The position numbers and the translations under genes are program-made. The notes under the pieces were generated by a model. That model was not told where the DNA came from. It made no database searches and saw only the letters and a list, made by a program, of their open reading frames with translations. Positions 50,767 to 60,196 of a stretch of DNA of 64,000 nucleotides are shown piece by piece. Each line of letters begins with the position of its first letter. Within the stretch, counting starts at the first letter, position 1. The stretch comes from Eukaryota sp. TZLM1-RC (taxonomy: Eukaryota > Protista > Metamonada: BaSk clade), in contig JAUPSS010000007.1 of the NCBI GenBank assembly GCA_040285825.1, forward strand, positions 2,144,689 through 2,208,688, given 5' to 3'.

Positions 50767-52821
50767 TCAGATAGTGGCTCCAGTGTCTACCATTCCGTAC
50801 AGGAAGGTCTGTTCATCGACCAGAATCTTCAAATGGAGCAGCTTTTTGTCTACAGGCTTGTTGAGTTCTTTCTTAAATAGTGAGATCATGGACTCAGCGG
50901 AGGAGTCGTCCTTCTTGAACAATTCCTTAGATCCTTTGGTCTTGTTCCTAGAGCGTTTCTTGGTTAATTCAGAGGCATCATGCGTTACTCCACCGTCGGC
51001 GTAAGCACAGTCGGCGTCGACCAGCCCAGACTCAGTGTCGAGGTCGGGACTAGCTTCCAACGACAAAGAGTCTATGTTACGGGAGGGAGCCTTTCCTGGC
51101 GGTACCACATGAGATGAGCCTGAGGAAACTTTCGAAACTAACTCGTTAGAATTAGACACTGGATTGGGGGATAGTTCAGAGGAGGATGAAGGAGATCGAG
51201 AGATAAGAGCGTGATTGGCATCTACAACAGGAGGGGTTATTGAATCTAAGTTGTCGAAGAGTTCTTGAGACTCTAGCGCTTCAGAGAATGATAAGGAAGG
51301 TGTGGAGCTTCTGGATGTGGATGGAGATGTCGTATAGTTATAAAGGATTATTGAGGAGAAAGGATTGAGGGTCAAACTATAAGAATCATTATCAGAACTA
51401 GAGGGGGACGAGGACATTACTCCATGCGGGAAGATGCTCTCGACGGCAGCATCTTCTTTCAAAGCAGACTGAATCGAATCGACGATTGAATTAACTTGGG
51501 GCTTTTCAGAGTTGGCGTCGGTTACTTGATTGACTTGGCGGTGAAGGTTGTGCTTTCTTTGGAGGGTAGGATTGTTTCCATATTTTCGAGGTTTGCTAGC
51601 TTTGCATCCAGGCTTTGGGCAGTCTTTCACCATATGGCCGGGTTCCTTGCAATAAAAGCAAGTTATGGGAGAGGGAGACTTCTGAAGGGAGATATATTTT
51701 TGCTCAGAACGAGGACTTTGACGGGAAGGCGAGGACTTAGGGGTAGAACGGACAGAATAAGACTTGTTAGCAGAGCGGTGAGCCTGGGGAGTTCGAGAGT
51801 TCTGACGAGAGGGTTGAGATCTAGGAGGAGGGTTTGGGCCATGCAGAGTATAGTAAGCAGAGTACGGGAGGTGATAGGAAGGGAGAAGCTGACGGAGACG
51901 AGAGACTAAGGAGGAGAAGCCATCAATAGAGCCAGTTTCTATGTCGGTTCGGATGATAAAGCGGAGTCTCTCGGGACGTATTCCATTCGTAAAGAACTTC
52001 ATACGAGCAGATTCGGGTAATTCGGAGGGACAGAGTCGGAGTTTCTTGAGGAAGACAGAGATATAGGATGTAATAGCTTCTTCAGCGGTTGGGGCGGACA
52101 GATTGAGTTTCAGAGATTGAAGCTTGTGATAAGCCTCAGCAGAGTCTTCAAAACGGCAAAAGGATAACAAGTGGGAAAGGACGGCTTCAGGGTCGTTGAA
52201 GTCGATTCCTTCGAAGATCTCGAAGGTTTCCAACACCACGGGGGCAATAGTACATAACACGTACGGCAGCATGGCTTGATGAAGCTGATTTTCAGAGACG
52301 AGGCGACGCTTTTCAAAAGTAGCAACATTGGTCGTGTCAGAAGAGTCAGAAAGCGGGTCTTGGCTATCTTCGTAATTCATCTCAGATGGAAGTTTGAAAG
52401 TTCGAGGGTTCAGGGACGAGCTAGACTTTCTCGTACCAGTGGAGGCAGAAGTGGATTCGGAGGGGTTTTCAGTACCCAGTTCGGAATTCTCATTGAGAGA
52501 AAGTTGGGATTTCAGAGCAGCGACTTCTTGAGCGAGAGCCTTGATAGCTTCTCGGTCAGAATCGCAGGAGGAGGACTCGGATGCCTTCGTACTGGAAGGA
52601 GACTGAGAGTGAGTGGAAGACGGATATCTTCTTGTCATGTCTGACGAGACATGATTGGAGGACATACGGGATACGTACACCTTAAGCGCTTCCACATACT
52701 GGGAGATGGCTTCTCGACCAGTGTGTTGTAAATATGGAGCGACTTGAGGGTACCTGGCTACGGAGGTGGATTCTCTGGGGTCCACAGTAATTACTGTTGG
52801 CTTCAGTGCACGGTTTTCCAT
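50767..52821 (-). CDS. Gypsy-2 Gag and start of protease
   Basis: 684-aa ORF with a CCHC knuckle, ending at MVDTGATI*. The first ATG lies inside the LTR. Confidence 0.85.
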   Translation of the reverse strand: MENRALKPTVITVDPRESTSVARYPQVAPYLQHTGREAISQYVEALKVYVSRMSSNHVSSDMTRRYPSSTHSQSPSSTKASESSSCDSDREAIKALAQEVAALKSQLSLNENSELGTENPSESTSASTGTRKSSSSLNPRTFKLPSEMNYEDSQDPLSDSSDTTNVATFEKRRLVSENQLHQAMLPYVLCTIAPVVLETFEIFEGIDFNDPEAVLSHLLSFCRFEDSAEAYHKLQSLKLNLSAPTAEEAITSYISVFLKKLRLCPSELPESARMKFFTNGIRPERLRFIIRTDIETGSIDGFSSLVSRLRQLLPSYHLPYSAYYTLHGPNPPPRSQPSRQNSRTPQAHRSANKSYSVRSTPKSSPSRQSPRSEQKYISLQKSPSPITCFYCKEPGHMVKDCPKPGCKASKPRKYGNNPTLQRKHNLHRQVNQVTDANSEKPQVNSIVDSIQSALKEDAAVESIFPHGVMSSSPSSSDNDSYSLTLNPFSSIILYNYTTSPSTSRSSTPSLSFSEALESQELFDNLDSITPPVVDANHALISRSPSSSSELSPNPVSNSNELVSKVSSGSSHVVPPGKAPSRNIDSLSLEASPDLDTESGLVDADCAYADGGVTHDASELTKKRSRNKTKGSKELFKKDDSSAESMISLFKKELNKPVDKKLLHLKILVDEQTFLYGMVDTGATI

Positions 52822-52962
52822 AAACTTAATAAAAACAGATGTTTATAGACGGAGGTAGAAAATCAACAATAAACTAAACAATAACAAATTTAAACTAATG
52901 ATGACGTGATACATCACGTCATACTTTCCGAAATCGGCAGGAGGAGTTTAGCCTGGCTAACA
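52795..52962 (-). repeat. Shared middle LTR (5' LTR of Gypsy-2 and 3' LTR of the upstream partial copy)
   Basis: Flanked by gag on one side and by PPT plus integrase on the other. Confidence 0.93.
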
Positions 52963-54072
52963 CTGCCTCTTCTTCCTTCTTTTTCGTTGTTTCTTGGCCG
53001 GAGGATCGGATAATTTCACATAACGGGAATAGGCGGAAGTATTCTTAATGGATGACAGGTTGTTTAGTGGTAGTCCCATCAGACCACAAAACGGTAGCTA
53101 GGTTACTAGAGATGTCGAGAATAGCGTCCAGGAAGGCCTCTCCGGAATCTGCAGCGGCATAGGCATCTAATACAGCGGGCGGCAAGGAAGAGTAACAAGG
53201 CTTGATGAGGTGTACTGAGGTCTTCAAAGAAGAGCGGGTAACAGGATTCAGAACAAGGATGGAGCTAGAGGACAGGATCTTCTGCACGGTGTAGGGTCCG
53301 ACATAATGACCATGGAGTTTGTCTGGGTTCTGGCGCAGAACAAAGACTCGGTCATTCCATTGAGGACGATAAGAGGGCTCGGGCATATCAATAGTAGATT
53401 GGTCGAGGGATTGGCCTACAGCTTCCCAGGATGAGATGAGCTTCTCTGTCAACTTATGCAGATGTTCGATGAATGGGAGGAATGGGAGGCGAAGGAAGTC
53501 AATAGCTGGTTGGGCAGAAGACGAGGAGAGGTGTCAGATCCGAAAATTAGACTATATGGAGAGGCGTTCAGAGCTTTCCTTTCTTGTGAGTTTAATACCA
53601 TCTGGCAGAGAGCAACGTAATCAGACCAGTTATGGTAATCGGAGAAGTCGAGCAGCATACGTCGGATGACTTGAAGAAAGCTTCGGTGTTGGCGTTCTAC
53701 TAATCCATTGGATTGATGGTAGTGGGGCAAGGATTGGGTATGTTCAACGTTCAGGAATTGGCATAGTAGACTGAATATCTTGTTGGCGAATTCGGGACCG
53801 TTATCAGAGTGTATACAACGTGGGGCACCGAAAACGGCGAAAACAGAGGAGATTAAGGAGTTGTCTACGGTTAATGCTTTAAGATCTTTCGTAGGAACTA
53901 GGATACTGAACTTGGAGAATGCATCAACAAAATGAACAATATATCGGTAGCCATAGGAGTCAACGGACAGGGGGCCAATGGAATCGCAGTGGAGACTTTC
54001 AAATGGGCGGCGAACGGAATTCAAAGATCCAGTGGAAGAGATCAATGTCTTGGGAACGGGAGCAGTCTAACA
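52963..54072 (-). mobile_element. Tandem partial second copy of Gypsy-2 (integrase only) ending in a residual LTR terminus
   Basis: Near-identical to 45810-46930. Ends in CTAACA followed by CATT (54073-54076), which matches CATT at 45638-45641. Confidence 0.88.
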
Positions 54073-54461
54073 CATTACAACGAAAAGCTCAATGTGTATT
54101 AAATATAAGAAAAAATGTCGGAATTGAGCAGAATAATAATGGACATTGTACATTCCTTTGTTTAATGGTTGCAGTTTGTCATCAATAAGTGTTCTATATT
54201 GAGTTTATATCTGCCCAAATAGTGTATATTTATGGCAAAACTGATTAACAACTCATACTGAAAATTGTCAATTAATTCCGAATAATTGTAATTTGGAAAA
54301 TAGTACCAATTAATAATTGCAATTAACTGATTGGCAATTATTGTATTGCCAATTCAATTTTCCTAGCCCCGATCATAACTAGTCAAAATGATCTGTAACA
54401 AAAATTACGATGGTACGACGCCTCCAAACTTATTCGAGTCACCGGACCATTGTGAAAAATC

Positions 54462-54774
54462 TTTCTGAAAAGAAATGGTTTTAAAGTGTTGATGATTAAA
54501 GAAGCTTTCACTTCAGCAAAATGTCCTGATTGTTTTGAAAAGGTTGCTACGTTTTTGAGAGTAACAAATCCCAGATTCTATAGAAGTATAGAAGTGAAAA
54601 GACTCCATTTACTACATGTCATTGTTTATTAGCTTGTAACAGTGAGAGTTGCAAATTCAGCAATATAGAACAAAGCTTTTCAATAGAAATAAACTGGCTT
54701 GTCTGAATATGTTTGCAATTGCTGAAGCGAGGATGAGTGGTAATGAAAGGCCTCAGTATCTGTGCAGTAGATAG
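54462..54774 (+). pseudogene. Fanzor1 C-terminal fragment, copy 2
   Basis: FLKRNGFKVLMIKEAFTSAKCPDCFEKVATFLRVTNPRFYR..TCHCLLACNSESC..KLFNRNKLACLNMFAIAEARMSGNERPQYLCSR*. Clear DNA similarity to 36421-36717. Confidence 0.88.
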
Positions 54775-54823
54775 TTTTTGTAATTATTCTGTACGAAAAT
54801 TGTGTAATTATGGGAATTTCCCA
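54747..54823 (+). ncRNA. Candidate Fanzor omegaRNA scaffold / element right end, copy 2
   Basis: Conserved with 36690-36766 and has the same two hairpins. The terminal A is the A of the ATG at 54823. Confidence 0.5.
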
Positions 54824-57327
54824 TGCCTAGCTTTACCACTGTTCAAGTAGTTGCCCTTCTACATGTTTTAATCATTGCTTATATTAGTGCTACATCCTCT
54901 CGATTTGACCTTCATGATCCATTGTCTTCTGTAGTTCCTGAGTATCACTTTTCCGAAGGACGTGCTTTTGATCTGTTGTCCTCTTTCTCTACGCATGTTG
55001 GAAAGCGTGTAGTAGGCTCCCCAAGCTCTTCATTAGCTGTCAAATGGATTGTATCTCAAGTAGAAGCCATTCAAGCATTGTATCCTGGGTCAAATATTTC
55101 CTATCAGATCGTCTCCGAAAATACCACAATCCCTCAATCCAATCCTTATGTATCTTATGTAACAGAAGGTATTGAGTCAGTAGTAGTCTGCTTATCTCCT
55201 TCTTCCTCTTGTACACCCTTCCTCTCGTACTCCGCACATTTTGATTCTGTGAGTACTTCTTTTGGCGCTTTGGATGACGCATCGGGCACAGTTCTCCTTC
55301 TTGAACTCCTTCGTACCTTAGCCAACTCTCCCCCCTCTCAAGCTACGTCTTTCATCTTCCTCAATGGAGAGGAACTAGGTTTATTAGGTTCGTCTTCTAT
55401 ATCAACCCATTCTTGGACCAAGCCGTCAAAAGGATTAATTAATCTTGATTGTAGTTCAGGATATACCACCCCTGCTTCTTGGTTTGTTTCTTCATCTTCT
55501 GGCCCTCTTGGTAAGTGTCTGTCTAGGTCCTCAATAGATAAACGACCTTGGGTAAGTACGTTTGTTTATGGCAGAACTGATGGTGCAGTGTTTGTAAGGG
55601 AAGGCATCCATGTCTTGGAGATTGGTATAATGGATGCAATGCAGAATTATCATACTCCAATTGATGATGTTTACAATCTTTTACCAGGTCAACTTCAAAC
55701 TTTTGGTGATTATGCTCTAGAAATTGGAAACTGCGTTTTGGGAGAGTCTGGGGATGTAGATGAAGTAAAAGAATCTTATTGTCCCTCTATTGTTGGTTTT
55801 GTTTCATTTAATCTTAGTTCTAGAACCTTTGTTTTCTTGAGTCTAGGATTGTTATTAATTTCTTTGGTTTTACGAATTGTCTATAATTTAACTACTACCG
55901 AACCATTTCCTTCTTCTGGTTGGTTGAGTTATATTGCTTACTATTTGCTCCCAATCTGTTTATTAATACTTACCGCATTGATTTATGGTTTTGGTGGTTT
56001 GGTTTCTAATTCAAATCCCCTTGCTTCGTATTTTATTTTCACTGGCTTTATTTTTATTCTCTCTTTATTGTATATTAGGAGAGGAACCTTTGACATTGTT
56101 GATACAAACTTGGGGCTTTTGTTGGTTGCTTTAGTATTATCACTTTTTGGTTGCTTAGGTGCACCATTTGCTATTTTGGGCGTGTTTAGTACAATTCACA
56201 CTAGTATTTTGTTTTATATTCATATCAAAGTATTCAAACTTAATGAAAGTCTGTCCTCAGAAGTTCATATGAATCAACTAAATAAGATTGAGAGTCAATT
56301 TGATAAAGAAAAGGACACTTTTAGTGAAAAATCTCAACTTATATTTTCTAAATTTTCATTAAATGATGTTCCCTTCATCAGGTTTATTGTTTCGCTTCCT
56401 TTTATGTTTATCTACTTCATTATTTTAGTTCCATTTGCCCACTCAATTATTGCTTTCAGCACTGGAGTTGCTCCTGATATTGAAGGACTTTCCTTACTTT
56501 TAATTGGATTTTTCGTTACTGGTTTAATTAATGGAATGTTCTATATTGATAATTCTAATTTTCCTAAACGTTTGTTAAATGTTTTATACGGATTGCTTGT
56601 ACTATTGGCATTGTTATTCATTATTGTCCCATTGATTTTCTCCTATACGCCGGTTTATCCCCAGTTGTTAACTGTTTCCGCTCTTGACAGCCAAAGTCCA
56701 CGTGATCACTCGTCCGTCAGCACTTCAATTACAGACTTGACGATCACCCCTGTTGTTGACTCTGTAGTATTTGGATCAAAAGCAAGGTTAGGTCAACTGG
56801 AAGGGTATTGGAAGGACAATGGTTTCAAGTATTCTTCAACTCCAAGTCAAATCTCTCTTGATGGAGTACCTTTTGATTGGAGTGAGTTTATGGCATTCAG
56901 GCATATGAAGCTGCAACTACCAAATGATGTGGAGTTGGCAAGTATTAATCTCAATACTTTTTCTGAAACCATTGAAGACAAACGCAAAGTCACTGTTTAT
57001 TTGGATCATGCTGGTTATGGCGTCTTTCAAGTTTCGGTAATTGATCCCCTCAAGCCTGTTCGCATTGAGCCTGGTTTTAGTGAATTAATGGAAGAATCAT
57101 TTGAAGTTCTCTTCTTCAAGGGTGATTCAAGCAAAGATTCAGAAACTACTTTTGAATTAACCTTTAGCGATGATAAATGTCAAGAAGTGGTTATTGGGTT
57201 TTTTGGTCTATTTGAACAGTTGTTCGATGAAGATACTATTAGGTTTATTCACAATGCCACTCCTACCACAATGGCTCCTAATTTCCCAGGATGGTACGTT
57301 GGTACTTCTGTTCAACTTTGTTTGTAA
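54823..57327 (+). CDS. Multi-pass membrane M28 family metallopeptidase (ERMP1/Pff1-like)
   Basis: 834 aa. Signal/anchor, SAHFDSV, GALDDASG, FLNGEELGLLGS, INLD, TDGAVF, YHTPIDD, then about 8 TM segments. Confidence 0.92.
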   Translation: MPSFTTVQVVALLHVLIIAYISATSSRFDLHDPLSSVVPEYHFSEGRAFDLLSSFSTHVGKRVVGSPSSSLAVKWIVSQVEAIQALYPGSNISYQIVSENTTIPQSNPYVSYVTEGIESVVVCLSPSSSCTPFLSYSAHFDSVSTSFGALDDASGTVLLLELLRTLANSPPSQATSFIFLNGEELGLLGSSSISTHSWTKPSKGLINLDCSSGYTTPASWFVSSSSGPLGKCLSRSSIDKRPWVSTFVYGRTDGAVFVREGIHVLEIGIMDAMQNYHTPIDDVYNLLPGQLQTFGDYALEIGNCVLGESGDVDEVKESYCPSIVGFVSFNLSSRTFVFLSLGLLLISLVLRIVYNLTTTEPFPSSGWLSYIAYYLLPICLLILTALIYGFGGLVSNSNPLASYFIFTGFIFILSLLYIRRGTFDIVDTNLGLLLVALVLSLFGCLGAPFAILGVFSTIHTSILFYIHIKVFKLNESLSSEVHMNQLNKIESQFDKEKDTFSEKSQLIFSKFSLNDVPFIRFIVSLPFMFIYFIILVPFAHSIIAFSTGVAPDIEGLSLLLIGFFVTGLINGMFYIDNSNFPKRLLNVLYGLLVLLALLFIIVPLIFSYTPVYPQLLTVSALDSQSPRDHSSVSTSITDLTITPVVDSVVFGSKARLGQLEGYWKDNGFKYSSTPSQISLDGVPFDWSEFMAFRHMKLQLPNDVELASINLNTFSETIEDKRKVTVYLDHAGYGVFQVSVIDPLKPVRIEPGFSELMEESFEVLFFKGDSSKDSETTFELTFSDDKCQEVVIGFFGLFEQLFDEDTIRFIHNATPTTMAPNFPGWYVGTSVQLCL

Positions 57328-57697
57328 GTATTGTGTATTCTTTTTTTTTCTAGTTTAACGATAATCATGTTTCATAAAGAATCTTTGGCAAATATAGTGG
57401 AAGTGTTCAACAAAAATTCAAAGGAAAGTTTCCCCTATTTTTGACATAAATCAGTTTTTGTTTTTTTACAATAGTTTTTATTAATTTTCATTCTCTGTTA
57501 TGTGTCAGGTTTTGATTCTCTTAACAACAACATATAGAATGTTTATCACCATTATTTATAGGTGAATAAACTTTGAAAACAGAACAATAAAGGATTGGTT
57601 TTAATTGTTCAGCTGCTTTTTGATCTATTTTCTTAATAACAACTGTTGAAGATAACCACTTCAACACAAATTAAAACAAACAATAAGAAATACAAAT

Positions 57698-60196
57698 TTA
57701 TTCATCAATTGAATACTGTACAACACAAAATAAAAACACTCTTGCCACAATACAACTACCTACACTATCAATACCAACCACACATCCAGTTTTACAATCT
57801 CTACTGTGACCCTCAATAAAATTACTCAATGCAGAAACAACTCCATCACGAATGATTCTGGGATAACAGCTCTTAACATTGGCGACTTGACCAGAAAGCG
57901 AAACCCCTGTAGGTAACTTGGTGCGAATCAAGGAGAGAAGAACACTAAGATCATCTTCCTGACAAGGGGAAATGAGCAAAAATTTGCGAATATTTCGTTC
58001 AAGTTCGGGATCACATCTGAAAATTTGGTGGTTTTTTACAGAGAACCAACCAGTAATTTCCACTTGAGCTTTTCTGGCTAATTCAGTAGTTTCGACAAGA
58101 GGAAGATCAGGACAAGGTGAAATTTTCAGTGGAATGTTGACAGGATCAAATTCAAATGATTGACATATTTCAGAATGATCTCCTTTTAGAATTGCTTGGA
58201 CTAGTTGAGCATTAGCTGACTGCTGAGGCAGCAAAATTTGAGACGCAGTGATAAAGAAATCAACACGCGACAAGAAAGAGATCAAATCGTCGTCTCTGGT
58301 GAAAATTTCGCCAACAATGTCCAAAATGTCATCAGAAACATCCCCAATTGAGCTGAATTTTGATTGTAACGCATCAAATAGCACTATTCCACCACCAAAT
58401 AATACACAATTAATAGAAAAACAATCATTATGATTACCCTTGATTGCTATGGTCGATGAAAAGTCAAGCGAAGTCAATAAACAACTCAATAATAATGACC
58501 TTGTGAGAGAACAGCAGTGACCTAATAACACAGCTAAGTGAGGTAAAATGTTAACGTCGTTGCACACATAATTACCATCATCACGAAGACTTCCACAAAA
58601 GTCAAGAGCATATTTGAGCGAGTCACAAGGGATTGATGTGACCAAATTAGGAAGGTATAACGTGTTGAAAGGCTCAGAAAGGTTGAATTTGATAGGAAAC
58701 TCGATATTGATTGATGTAATTGATCTATCAATATTCTGCTCTGATGATGGTTCAAATTTTGCATCCTTGAAATTTTGGAATTCCTGTCCTGACATCTGCT
58801 GTGACACCAAGAAAAGATCAACATAAACTTTCATTTTCCCAACTTCCAAAACAACTGAGCTTGACTTTCCTTGACTTTCCACATCACCATTCCTGCGTCT
58901 TCCGATGCAGAAAAGAGAGGATAGACCGCACAAAGTAGGGGGATGAGGCGATGCAAGTTTGAACCCTGGAATATCACTTAATGGGCGATTATCAGCATCT
59001 AATAAGTCTAAAAGGTCAGATTTCTTGAGAAGTCCTGTCGAAATTAAGCGTTTGCCACGTGTCACCAACACAACAACATCTTTAACAGGCATATAAGGGA
59101 GTAAACAAAATCCCAAATTTTCATCCCCAATATTTGAGCTTGTGCTGATCCCTTCTATATGACAAATAAGGCTCAAGTCTGAAACTCCATTTGCAGCATC
59201 TTCGTGGGTTTCCAAAGGTGGATTCGTCACTCTTTTTGGTACTATCACGAGTATCTTGGACCTTATCACTTGCCCTTCTGGGAAAGAAGGTAATGGACAA
59301 GAAGAAGGGATCAGTGGTGGATCAGGGTATGAAATATTTAGGTGAAAAGACACTAGAAATGTTTTCTTTGTGTTTGGATGAATACAACAAACAGTGACAA
59401 CACCTGATCTCAACATTGTAAACATTGAGCTCATCCCCAAAATTTCATCCCCTGACATTTTCAAGCAAACTTCTAAATTACCATTACTAAACACTGAGGG
59501 TGGGGTTCCGTCTATAGTAATCTGACCGGCTAATTTGCTTACAACTCCTTCTTTAATAACCCCAACCAGCATACCACTACTGGTAGCATTCCCATGATTG
59601 AATCCTACTTTGGCAGTAACTTCAGCTCTTTCTGGCATTGGAGAGAGGGAAAGACCATTGGATTTGAATGTTAGATCGGACGACACAATGGGCTCAAGGA
59701 GAAGAGAGAAATTGATTGTAGCAATCGCCTTTTCAGCACCTTCTTTTTTTGCGTACTCATCGGTGTAGTTCACAGGTCCCTTTTTCAATGGTGTTTTAAT
59801 ACTCCCTAGTGAGTTAATGAGATCGGTGACAGGGATAACAGCATGGGCAAGAGTCTTGCGTTTCCATTTGCGAATCAGAGGACGGGATTCGAGAGTGATG
59901 GTGAGGTTCTCGGAGACGAATGCTTTGGGATTAACCGAGAAGCGACGGGCTACTATATAGGAATAGTTGTGGGAGGTGCCTGAAGAGAGGGAAGATATGA
60001 TGGATGTAGAGAGACGATGGCCACGGTCTCCTTCAGTGACAATACCCTTACCTTCATGGCGTAGATCTAAACGTTTGAAGGTTCCACCAAATTCGAATCG
60101 GATGATACAACGAGAGACTCCTTTATGAGCTGAGAGTTTAAGATCTTTGATAAGAACACGGAAGGCCTGAGAGGGCTCTTGTGTGAGCTCATTCAT
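57698..60196 (-). CDS. C2-domain protein, CEP76/CC2D2A-like (tentative)
   Basis: 832-aa ORF. Beta-rich C2-like N-terminus, GHCCSLTRSLLLSCLLTSLDF transglutaminase-like segment, and a hydrophobic beta C-terminus resembling CEP76/CC2D2A. Confidence 0.5.
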   Translation of the reverse strand: MNELTQEPSQAFRVLIKDLKLSAHKGVSRCIIRFEFGGTFKRLDLRHEGKGIVTEGDRGHRLSTSIISSLSSGTSHNYSYIVARRFSVNPKAFVSENLTITLESRPLIRKWKRKTLAHAVIPVTDLINSLGSIKTPLKKGPVNYTDEYAKKEGAEKAIATINFSLLLEPIVSSDLTFKSNGLSLSPMPERAEVTAKVGFNHGNATSSGMLVGVIKEGVVSKLAGQITIDGTPPSVFSNGNLEVCLKMSGDEILGMSSMFTMLRSGVVTVCCIHPNTKKTFLVSFHLNISYPDPPLIPSSCPLPSFPEGQVIRSKILVIVPKRVTNPPLETHEDAANGVSDLSLICHIEGISTSSNIGDENLGFCLLPYMPVKDVVVLVTRGKRLISTGLLKKSDLLDLLDADNRPLSDIPGFKLASPHPPTLCGLSSLFCIGRRRNGDVESQGKSSSVVLEVGKMKVYVDLFLVSQQMSGQEFQNFKDAKFEPSSEQNIDRSITSINIEFPIKFNLSEPFNTLYLPNLVTSIPCDSLKYALDFCGSLRDDGNYVCNDVNILPHLAVLLGHCCSLTRSLLLSCLLTSLDFSSTIAIKGNHNDCFSINCVLFGGGIVLFDALQSKFSSIGDVSDDILDIVGEIFTRDDDLISFLSRVDFFITASQILLPQQSANAQLVQAILKGDHSEICQSFEFDPVNIPLKISPCPDLPLVETTELARKAQVEITGWFSVKNHQIFRCDPELERNIRKFLLISPCQEDDLSVLLSLIRTKLPTGVSLSGQVANVKSCYPRIIRDGVVSALSNFIEGHSRDCKTGCVVGIDSVGSCIVARVFLFCVVQYSIDE

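Larger units (their letters stand above)
45642..52962 (-). mobile_element. Full-length Ty3/Gypsy element (Gypsy-2) with 168-bp LTRs
   Basis: LTRs 45642-45809 and 52795-52962 differ at 2 positions. PPT next to the 3' LTR. Gag CFYCKEPGHMVKDC, PR VDTGA, RT TLDLPKAFWQ and YMDD, RH STDASD, IN H..H..CIPC, HSDNGPEF, NGLVER, GPY, chromodomain-like tail. Several stops and frameshifts. Confidence 0.95.
41792..54371. mobile_element. hAT-like DNA transposon shell containing nested retroelements
   Basis: Imperfect TIRs CAGGGCTAGAAAGTTTTGAATTGGCA / CGGGGCTAGGAAAATTGAATTGGCA. 8-bp flanks ATAATAAC (41784-41791) and ATCATAAC (54372-54379) match 7/8. AATTG-rich subterminal repeats at both ends. No transposase recognised. 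Confidence 0.62.

Noticed and set aside
51496-52644. Antisense ORFs over Gypsy gag (also 165-692 and 11846-12391)
   Set aside because: Shadow frames of real coding sequence with no independent motifs.
14394-60196. Alternative genetic code (stop-codon reassignment)
   Set aside because: Long host ORFs are open under the standard code and end at plausible positions with TAA, TAG and TGA.
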